From IMG/VR virus record IMGVR_UViG_3300025120_000040, positions 892 through 64,891 of that record: DNA of 64,000 bases; one strand, written 5' to 3'. The position numbers were made by a program, and so were the translations under genes. The DNA is from a virus (lineage: Duplodnaviria; Caudoviricetes). This document shows positions 56,688-64,000 of this stretch, piece after piece (within the stretch, counting starts at the first letter, position 1; every line of letters begins with the position of its first letter). The notes below the pieces were generated by a model. It made no database searches, was not told where the DNA came from, and saw nothing but the letters and a program-made list of their open reading frames with translations.

Positions 56688-57535
56688 AAAAAATTTGAGC
56701 TGTCAAATGTCACCGGTACTTCGAACGAAGTTGGTGCACCCTTCTTGATCTGATCTTCTGTGGTCTTGAGTTTCAACGGTGGTATCTGTGCTTGTACCCT
56801 TAACTCGGAAAGTTTTTCCTGTATCTCCGTCACTGTCTTTGCATCTGCATTGTTGCAGAATTCGATAATCTGTGCTCTGTCCACCACGGTGTTACCTTCC
56901 GGTGTTGTGATGGTTTTGATCGAATCGACCAATAGTGAGAAGTTGACCATGTTCAGGGTTTGGAAACTTTTTGCGAATGCCGACTGCTTTGCCTCATCGG
57001 TCATTGTGCTGTTGTCTATTGTTCCGTACATCTTCTGTTGCTCGAACCTTGCAATCTGTATCTTGGTAAGTGATTTATATGTCAGCGGTTCTATTTTGAT
57101 CTTGAATTTTGTTGAAGTCGTGGTCTCATCCACTATTTCGGTCCTGCCGAGATCTTCCAGCAGTGCGGGTAGGTTGATAGTGTGTGATTGCTCCTCATTG
57201 GTCACCGGCACACGATAGTTCACATCCATGGTCTCACCGTAGGTCGCGATCCTGATCGCCAGCAACACAGCATCCGTGTCGTAGTTCACCATCTTCCATG
57301 GGTCTAACATGTTAGGCACACAGCTCTTGATAACATCCACTGTGGATTGCCCGTTGATCATGGCGTCTGGTGTTTTGAATGCTAACTCGTCCTTCACAGT
57401 CATTGGCAGGATTGGTATCTCACCTGTCTCTGTGGGAGTGAATGCCTCCTTGGGATAGTATCTGCCACCACTGGGCAACTTGATGTATATGGCCGGTTGC
57501 CTGTAGTACTTCTGTAATGGGTTAGTATTTTCCAT
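56681..57535 (-). CDS. gp26: baseplate hub assembly/tail assembly chaperone (gp26-like)
   Basis: NPLQKYYRQP.IYIKLPS, PMTVKDE..KTPDA, LLAIRIATYG, C-terminal FDSSNFF. Confidence 0.75.
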   Translation of the reverse strand: MENTNPLQKYYRQPAIYIKLPSGGRYYPKEAFTPTETGEIPILPMTVKDELAFKTPDAMINGQSTVDVIKSCVPNMLDPWKMVNYDTDAVLLAIRIATYGETMDVNYRVPVTNEEQSHTINLPALLEDLGRTEIVDETTTSTKFKIKIEPLTYKSLTKIQIARFEQQKMYGTIDNSTMTDEAKQSAFAKSFQTLNMVNFSLLVDSIKTITTPEGNTVVDRAQIIEFCNNADAKTVTEIQEKLSELRVQAQIPPLKLKTTEDQIKKGAPTSFEVPVTFDSSNFFG

Positions 57536-57547
57536 GTTTTTTATATC

Positions 57548-57588
57548 TATAAATATACACTAAATGCATATAGGTGTCAATATTTATA
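57548..57588. promoter_or_regulatory. pair of opposed late promoters
   Basis: TATAAATA on + at 57548-57555 (tape measure) and on - at 57581-57588 (gp26-like). Confidence 0.75.
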
Positions 57589-57618
57589 TGCGTACAAAAA
57601 GGTAAGAAATAAAACCAT

Positions 57619-59607
57619 ATGGACAGAGAATTAGAACAATTATTGAAAGAGATGACCGCAGAGCTCAAGGACCTTACCAGGGTCTTGCGAGGATCTACAA
57701 AATCTGCCATAGACGGAACCAAGACAATCAAGCAAGAGACCAGCGCCAGGAAGATGGCTATAGCACAGTTAGAGGCCCAGCGAACAGATCTCTTGAAAAG
57801 AGGCAAACTTACCAAAGAACTCAACGCTGAAATTGACGATTCCATAGAAGCATTGGAGAAATTCCAGAAAACGGCCAAAGCAGGAGCAGGGGTGATGGGT
57901 CTGGTAACCAAGGCTCTTGGCTTTTTAAAGGACGCCATTGTAAGTGTTGCCACAGCAGGTATAAAGACAGGTCTAGCATTTTCAGACACAACAAAATCAA
58001 TCAGTTCGGTGGAAGACTTTATAAACGCAGGGTTCGGTGACATACCGGTCCTCGGCAAGATAACCAAGGAACTGGCACGTGAGATAGATTCCAACGTTGA
58101 ATCATTCACACAACTGGCCAAGACAGGAGCCACATTTGGTAGTTCCATAGTGATGCTACGTAGGGCGGCGGGGGACGCAGTGATGCCTCTGGGCAAGTTC
58201 ACGGACCTGATCGGAACCAACTCTGGACTGTTGGCAAAATTCTTTGGATCAGTAGACCAAGGGGTACCACAGATAGTGGGACTAACCTCAAAACTGAGGG
58301 ACATCACAGAAAATGAATTCGCAAAATTTGGTCTGACACTGGATGACACAGCAGGTTACATGACAACTTTCCTAGAACTGGAAAGGGCGAGGGGCAACCT
58401 GAACAATTTATCGCAGGCACAACTTCTGCAAGGAACCAGGGAGTACACAAAAAATTTAGTTACCTTGAGCAAACTGACAGGACAGAGCGTTGATGAGCTG
58501 AACAACCAGAACATGGCCATGGCCGCGGACGGAGTGTTCCAGTCACAACTTACAAAAATGAATGCCAAGGATGCCAAGACATTGTCACTGGGTGTGAGTG
58601 CGTTGCCCGGACCACTGGCACAACTGGCCAAGGAAGTGATCGGACTGGGTGCACCTATCAGTGATACCAGCAGAGAACTAACTGCTCTATCGGGCGGTGC
58701 GTTCAACGATGCGATCAAACAATTCCAGAACACAGGAGACCTGGTTGCGTTCCAGAACAGCATCAAGACCATATCAGCCGACGTGATGAAAGACGGTGAG
58801 GCATTTGGTGAGGCCGCACTAGCAGGTGGCGGGTTCGGCGAGGCTTTGAACGCCGTCGTGCAGAGCATAGGTAAAGCGGTAGACCCATCAGTGATACAAA
58901 CTGAACTCGAGGCAGTGGGAGACAACATAAAGAATTTAAGGAATATCACCAGTTCATTCGACAGGGTGGCATCCAAACTACAGATAGACAGATTCGAACT
59001 GCTGGCACCTGTCCTGTATGACAACAGTGAAGCAGTTGTGGGATTCACGTCAGCGTTCAACACCAAGATCCAGGACATAGTCAAAGAGGGTGGTGGACTA
59101 GACGAGTTCTATGAGGGACTGAAGAAATTCAAAGACTACCTGGTCACCGGCGATATAAACATATTCAAGAAGGATAAGAAAAAAAAGAAATATGAAGAAG
59201 TTGACTTGGGAGATACTTCCATAGGAGGAGGAATTTCTGCCAATAACGGAACTGAAGGATTCCAAGACTTTGGTTCTGGAACACGAGCAACACTCCATGG
59301 GTCGGAGATGGTCCTACCCGAGAGGAACGTTGGCGAGTTGTCCAAGCAGTTAGCGGCCGCTGTAAGTCAAATGACTAATAAAACAACAAGTGTGACAAAC
59401 ACAAATACCACAGCAGGCGACAGTGTGACGAACAATACCACGTCAATGGACATGACAAAACTGAACGCAAACACAGAACAACTCATAGCCTTGACCGAAA
59501 AAACAGCAAACCACTTAAATACGCTAGTAACGATAGGTGCTATGACAGAAAAAAATACCAAATCAACAAAGAATAATCTTGCAAACATGGGCGGAAGTCT
59601 AGTATAA
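57619..59607 (+). CDS. tail tape measure-like protein
   Basis: 662 aa, helical and Ala/Gly-rich; LSKLTGQS; C-terminal GT.G...DFGSGT.ATLHGSEMV. Confidence 0.7.
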   Translation: MDRELEQLLKEMTAELKDLTRVLRGSTKSAIDGTKTIKQETSARKMAIAQLEAQRTDLLKRGKLTKELNAEIDDSIEALEKFQKTAKAGAGVMGLVTKALGFLKDAIVSVATAGIKTGLAFSDTTKSISSVEDFINAGFGDIPVLGKITKELAREIDSNVESFTQLAKTGATFGSSIVMLRRAAGDAVMPLGKFTDLIGTNSGLLAKFFGSVDQGVPQIVGLTSKLRDITENEFAKFGLTLDDTAGYMTTFLELERARGNLNNLSQAQLLQGTREYTKNLVTLSKLTGQSVDELNNQNMAMAADGVFQSQLTKMNAKDAKTLSLGVSALPGPLAQLAKEVIGLGAPISDTSRELTALSGGAFNDAIKQFQNTGDLVAFQNSIKTISADVMKDGEAFGEAALAGGGFGEALNAVVQSIGKAVDPSVIQTELEAVGDNIKNLRNITSSFDRVASKLQIDRFELLAPVLYDNSEAVVGFTSAFNTKIQDIVKEGGGLDEFYEGLKKFKDYLVTGDINIFKKDKKKKKYEEVDLGDTSIGGGISANNGTEGFQDFGSGTRATLHGSEMVLPERNVGELSKQLAAAVSQMTNKTTSVTNTNTTAGDSVTNNTTSMDMTKLNANTEQLIALTEKTANHLNTLVTIGAMTEKNTKSTKNNLANMGGSLV

Positions 59608-59613
59608 TAAAGT

Positions 59614-61344
59614 ATGGCTTGGAAAAAATATTTTAAAGACGCTAACCTTTCACCAATATCAGGTGAGAAGGTACCCAACTTCGCCAAGAGGAACTACAGT
59701 TCTTACTTGCCGGATGTGTACACAGGACACCCTAACAGGATACAGAGATACTTCCAGTATGATCAAATGGATTCAGACAGTGAGATCAATGCGGCACTGG
59801 ACATCCTGGCAGAATTCTCAACACAGAAGAACACCGAGAACGAAACACCGTTTGATCTTGTGTTCAAGGATGAGACCACAGAGCACGAAGTAAAATTATT
59901 GAAGAAGGCTTTACAGCAATGGACGAAATCCAATCAGTTCTCAAAGAGAATCTTTAGGATATTCAGGAACGCACTGAAGTACGGAGATTGTTTCTTCGTC
60001 AGAGATCCGGAGACACAGAAATGGTTGTACATTGACAACGCAAAAGTTGACAGGATCGTTGTAAATGAGTCCGAGGGAAAGAAACCCGAGCAGTATGTTA
60101 TCAGGGACATCAACCCTAACCTACAAAGATTAAGTGCAACACAGATAACACCTAACCAAACATATGGTGGCGGTGGAACAACTGGTGGTGGTACAGCGGC
60201 ATACGGATCAAGTTATGCCAACGCAGGTGCCACAAACAACATGTCAGGATTCGCAGGCGGTAACGCAGGTGGCAGATTCTACAAAACAATGAATGCATAC
60301 AACATCAATGCAGAACATGTGATACACATGAGTATGTCGGACGGGTTAGACAACTTATTTCCGTTTGGACAGTCAGTATTAGAACAAATATTCAAAGTTT
60401 ACAAACAGAAAGAGTTACTAGAAGACGCAATCATCATTTACAGAGTTCAAAGAGCACCTGAGAGAAGAGTTTTTTACATTGACGTGGGTAACATGCCTAC
60501 ACACTTGGCGATGCAGTTCGTTGAGAGAGTCAAGAACGAGATCAATCAGAGAAGAATTCCAAGTTCGTCAGGTGGTGCAAACTTCGTTGATGCAACCTAC
60601 AACCCAATGAGCATAAACGAAGATTACTTCTTCCCACAGACGGCGGAAGGTAGAGGATCTAAAGTGGACACACTACCGGGTGGTACTAACCTAGGTGAGA
60701 TTGATGACTTGAGATTCTTCACTAACAAACTGTTCAGAGGTTTGAGGATACCAAGTTCATACCTACCAACAGGTGCAGAAGACGGTGGACAACAGTACAA
60801 TGACGGCAGGGTCGGAACGGCATACATCCAAGAATTGAGATTCAACAAGTATTGTGCAAGATTACAAAGCATGTTGGCAGAAACATTTGACAGTGAGTTC
60901 AAATTATGGGTAAAAAACAAAGGTTACAACATAGACAACGGAATGTTTGAGATAAAACTTAATCCACCACAGAACTTTGCACAGTACAGGCAGACAGAAA
61001 TGGACCAAAGCAGGGTAAACACATTCACAGCAGTGGCAGACTTACCTTACATGAGTAAGAGGTTTGCATTGAAAAGATATCTTGGTCTTTCTGAAGAAGA
61101 AATGGCAAGGAACGCAGAACTATGGGCAGAAGAAAACAACGTGCCTCAGAAGAAACAGAGCAAATCAAATGAATTGAGAGGTGGCGGTGTTACACAATCG
61201 GGAATATCAAGTGACCTAGACCAATTTGAAGAGCCAACAGCAGATCCAGACGCACCAGAACCAGGATCACCAGCACCAGGTGGACCAGGACAGACACCAG
61301 GCGGACAGACACCAGGCGGTACAGGTGGCGGCGGACAGGTTTAA
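59614..61344 (+). CDS. gp20: portal vertex protein
   Basis: MDSDSEINAALD, LLEDAIIIYRVQRAPERRVFYIDVGNMP, EDYFFP, TLPGG.NLGEIDD. Confidence 0.95.
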   Translation: MAWKKYFKDANLSPISGEKVPNFAKRNYSSYLPDVYTGHPNRIQRYFQYDQMDSDSEINAALDILAEFSTQKNTENETPFDLVFKDETTEHEVKLLKKALQQWTKSNQFSKRIFRIFRNALKYGDCFFVRDPETQKWLYIDNAKVDRIVVNESEGKKPEQYVIRDINPNLQRLSATQITPNQTYGGGGTTGGGTAAYGSSYANAGATNNMSGFAGGNAGGRFYKTMNAYNINAEHVIHMSMSDGLDNLFPFGQSVLEQIFKVYKQKELLEDAIIIYRVQRAPERRVFYIDVGNMPTHLAMQFVERVKNEINQRRIPSSSGGANFVDATYNPMSINEDYFFPQTAEGRGSKVDTLPGGTNLGEIDDLRFFTNKLFRGLRIPSSYLPTGAEDGGQQYNDGRVGTAYIQELRFNKYCARLQSMLAETFDSEFKLWVKNKGYNIDNGMFEIKLNPPQNFAQYRQTEMDQSRVNTFTAVADLPYMSKRFALKRYLGLSEEEMARNAELWAEENNVPQKKQSKSNELRGGGVTQSGISSDLDQFEEPTADPDAPEPGSPAPGGPGQTPGGQTPGGTGGGGQV

Positions 61345-61358
61345 GGTTAAATACTGAT

Positions 61359-61601
61359 ATGAAACTTAATGAATTTTTCACATACGGCGCAGATGGCTTT
61401 GAACAGGACAAAACATACGAGCCGGAGAACGATATTTCAATATTAGACGCAGAAGATACAAGAAAAACACGTTTGACACTCAAACAAATCAACTCTATGA
61501 GGTTGGCATCAGAGGCACACGATGCACAACAGAAGGAAGAAGCAGTATTCGTCCAAAAGATGTACGGACAACCTGCCCAAGACGATAACTTAGAGTTATA
61601 A
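61359..61601 (+). CDS. hypothetical head-module protein
   Basis: MKLNEF...DTRKTRLTL.QIN; preceded by TTAAATA. Confidence 0.75.
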   Translation: MKLNEFFTYGADGFEQDKTYEPENDISILDAEDTRKTRLTLKQINSMRLASEAHDAQQKEEAVFVQKMYGQPAQDDNLEL

Positions 61602-62227
61602 TGTCACAAACAGCATTCGTATTAGGTAACGGTCAGTCACGTAAGGGATTGGATATCAATGATCTCAAAAGTAAAGCCACTGTTTTTGCGTGTAACGCCG
61701 TGTACAGGACACACCAACCACACTGGCTAGTGGCAGTGGATCCCAAGATGATGCTAGAGATAGCAGAGACTGATTACGTTATACATAATAAAGTGTATTC
61801 CAACTACAACAATCAATACGAAAAGCATCAGAAGTTGTTGGATCATGTTACATGGTCTAAACCCAGCCTAGGTTGGTCTAGTGGACCAACTGCACTGAGA
61901 CTGGCCTGTGAGCAAGGATTTGATGATATTTACATTTTGGGTTTTGACTACCAAGGGTTGGCTGTAGAGTCTAACAAGAACAGATTCCACCTTAACAACC
62001 TCTATGGTGATACACGTAACTACAAAAAGAGCAACGACGAGGCTACCTTCTACGGCAACTGGATGAATCAAACAAAAAATATTTTAAAGGACTTCCCAGG
62101 GATTAAATTCCATCGTGTGATCCCAAAAGGCTGGTTCAGACCTAAAGACCTAGAGTGGAATAATAACCTGTCTCAACCGACAACTGAAGAATTCCTAGCA
62201 AAATTTGACTTACAAATCAAAATCTAA
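61601..62227 (+). CDS. Maf/DUF115- or sialyltransferase-like glycosyltransferase-fold protein
   Basis: AFVLGNGQS, ACNAVYR, LVAVD, SSGPTA, IYILGFD. Confidence 0.6.
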   Translation: MSQTAFVLGNGQSRKGLDINDLKSKATVFACNAVYRTHQPHWLVAVDPKMMLEIAETDYVIHNKVYSNYNNQYEKHQKLLDHVTWSKPSLGWSSGPTALRLACEQGFDDIYILGFDYQGLAVESNKNRFHLNNLYGDTRNYKKSNDEATFYGNWMNQTKNILKDFPGIKFHRVIPKGWFRPKDLEWNNNLSQPTTEEFLAKFDLQIKI

Positions 62228-62333
62228 CCAAAATACACCTTTTCGCACCAATTACTACACTCTTTTACTCGTTTTACAGTAAATACAAACACTTATAAGT
62301 ACAAATCGACCTAATTAAAGGAGCTCGTTAAAT

Positions 62334-63275
62334 ATGTCAAATAATAAATTTGAGAGTTTATTAGAATTACTAATAAACGAAGAAAACGATAAAGCAGAGG
62401 CTTTATTCCACGAAATCGTAGTAGAAAAATCTAGAGATATCTACGAGAATTTAGCAGACGAAGAAGTAACTGCTGAATCAAAAGACGAAGAAGTTAAAGA
62501 AACTGAATCATCAGAAGAAAAAGTAGACGAAACTACAGAAGAAAAAGTAGAAGAAACTGCAAAAGATGACGAAGTTAACGAGACTTCAGATGAGTCTAAA
62601 GACGAACAAGTAGACGAAGTTGTTGAAATCGAAGACGAAGCAACAGAATCAGAAACTACTGAAGAAGAATCAATTGAAGAAGTAGGCGGTGACGCAACTG
62701 ACGAATTGGTTAAAGACATCTCAGCAGAAGAAGAAGGCGAAATGGATGCAGACATGGATAAAGAAATGCCAGCAGATATGGAACCAGAAGCAGACGCAGA
62801 AGGCGATGTTGAAGACAGAGTAGTTGACTTGGAAGACGCTTTAGATGAATTAAAAGCAGAATTCGAAGCAATGATGGGCAAGAAAGACGGTGAAGAAGAA
62901 AAAGACGAAACTTTTGCACCAGAAGTTGCACCAGAGTTAACTCCAGAAGTTGAAATGGAAGGCAAAATGAAGCATGACAAGGAAAAAATGAAAGAATACA
63001 AAAATCCTGTCAAAGCGGACAGCGCCGACCACTCAGACAAATCAGCAAAATCACCAGTAAACGCTTCTGTTAAATCAGCAGGCGGTACAACGGCTAACAT
63101 AGCAAAAGGTGGAGCAGACGACAACGGAAGACCGGCTCCAACTGCGGCTAAAATGGCAGGTGACTTTGAAAACACAGGTGGAAAAGCAAAATCTACTTCA
63201 TTCAAAAAGAATGAAAAGGCGGACACTGCTGACCACTCTGATAAATCTGCAAAATCTCCAATTGCCAAAGCGTAA
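62334..63275 (+). CDS. acidic prohead core protein
   Basis: Very Glu/Asp-rich; A.ALFHEIVVEKSR.IYE, VEDRVVDLEDALDELKAEFE; immediately upstream of gp21. Confidence 0.7.
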   Translation: MSNNKFESLLELLINEENDKAEALFHEIVVEKSRDIYENLADEEVTAESKDEEVKETESSEEKVDETTEEKVEETAKDDEVNETSDESKDEQVDEVVEIEDEATESETTEEESIEEVGGDATDELVKDISAEEEGEMDADMDKEMPADMEPEADAEGDVEDRVVDLEDALDELKAEFEAMMGKKDGEEEKDETFAPEVAPELTPEVEMEGKMKHDKEKMKEYKNPVKADSADHSDKSAKSPVNASVKSAGGTTANIAKGGADDNGRPAPTAAKMAGDFENTGGKAKSTSFKKNEKADTADHSDKSAKSPIAKA

Positions 63276-63300
63276 TTGTTGATTTAACGGAGAACATCGG

Positions 63301-63930
63301 ATGAGCTCACTATACCTAAGAGAGAATCTAACTTTTAACGAAGCCAGATTACAGATCTTACACGAGAACGAGGGTAAGGATTTGTACATGAAAGGCATCT
63401 GTATTCAAGGTGGGATTAAAAATGCTAATCAAAGAACGTATCCAGTGCAGGAAATTGCGAAAGCGACCAAAACACTGAACGATCAGATTAGTTCAGGATA
63501 CTCTGTGTTAGGTGAAGTAGATCACCCAGATGATTTAAAGATTAATTTGGACCGTGTGTCACACATGATCACAGAAATGTGGATGGACGGACCAAATGGA
63601 TACGGTAAGATGAAAATCCTACCAACACCAATGGGCCAACTTGTCAAAACTATGTTGGAATCAGGTGTGAAACTAGGCGTATCAAGTAGAGGATCTGGAA
63701 ACATGTCCGAGTACGGAAACGGTGAAGTTTCAGACTTCGAGATCATCACAGTAGATGTTGTGGCCCAACCTTCGGCACCGGGTGCTTATCCTACGCCAAT
63801 ATACGAACACCTAATGAATACAAAGGGTGGTAATATGGCAAAGGGTTTGGCGGCTGAAGTTAGAAATGACCCTAAAGCACAAAAGTTCCTGAAAGAGGCA
63901 CTAACAAACATAATAAAGGACCTGAAATAA
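63301..63930 (+). CDS. gp21: prohead core protein protease
   Basis: KNANQRTY, LGEVDHP, RVSH, PTPMG, GVSSRGSG, DVVAQPSAPGA. Confidence 0.93.
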   Translation: MSSLYLRENLTFNEARLQILHENEGKDLYMKGICIQGGIKNANQRTYPVQEIAKATKTLNDQISSGYSVLGEVDHPDDLKINLDRVSHMITEMWMDGPNGYGKMKILPTPMGQLVKTMLESGVKLGVSSRGSGNMSEYGNGEVSDFEIITVDVVAQPSAPGAYPTPIYEHLMNTKGGNMAKGLAAEVRNDPKAQKFLKEALTNIIKDLK

Positions 63931-63931
63931 A

Positions 63932-64000
63932 ATGATAGACGCAATATCAAAATTAGTAGAGTCTGGAGCAATCTCGGAAGACGTTCAAAAAGGCATCCAA
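63932..64000 (+). CDS. gp22: prohead scaffold protein, N-terminal fragment
   Basis: MIDAISKLVESGAISEDVQKGIQ, open to the window edge; position after gp21. Confidence 0.6.
   Translation, partial: MIDAISKLVESGAISEDVQKGIQ

Noticed and set aside
61255-61340. Tandem repeat GGACAGACACCAGGC at the end of the portal gene
   Set aside because: Encodes a low-complexity Gly/Pro/Gln/Thr tail; not a separate element.
62441-63268. Long antisense ORFs (also 57522..58349, 58356..59084, 22149..22829, 23403..24005 and others)
   Set aside because: Shadow frames of real genes caused by codon bias; no RBS or recognisable motifs.
1-64000. Alternative genetic code, introns or inteins in core genes
   Set aside because: Genes tile densely under the standard code with all three stops used; gp46, gp47, gp20 and gp21 are uninterrupted and of normal length.

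Overview
This window is part of a large T4-like (myovirus) bacteriophage genome. It is gene-dense, uses the standard genetic code, and contains no rRNA, tRNA, CRISPR array or transposase. From left to right: (i) short + strand hypothetical genes (1-1814). (ii) A ~15 kb minus-strand enzyme cluster (1804-17123) with four glycosyltransferase-like genes, an NDP-sugar epimerase, a NodU/CmcH carbamoyltransferase, an APS kinase, SGNH- and GNAT-like proteins and five tandem radical SAM enzymes with an N-terminal twitch domain. (iii) A minus-strand tail fibre/baseplate module (17175-47299) with three paralogous fibre genes, a 4265-aa virion protein and gp6, gp25, gp5, hub, gp53 and gp48/54-like genes. 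(iv) The gp55 sigma factor and gp47/gp46. (v) An accessory stretch with two more twitch radical SAM genes, a PLP-fold protein, an Hc1-like protein and a small GIY-YIG nuclease. (vi) A ~430-nt non-coding, highly base-paired element (55644-56075) that looks like a large structured RNA. (vii) A gp26-like gene with a probable -1 programmed frameshift, then tape measure, portal gp20, a Maf/sialyltransferase-like gene, prohead core protein, protease gp21 and the start of scaffold gp22. The strongest novelty candidates are the structured RNA beside the GIY-YIG nuclease, the seven-member radical SAM / glycan-tailoring system linked to structural genes, and the G/GT-like frameshift. All product calls come from motif recognition by eye; no database search was run.
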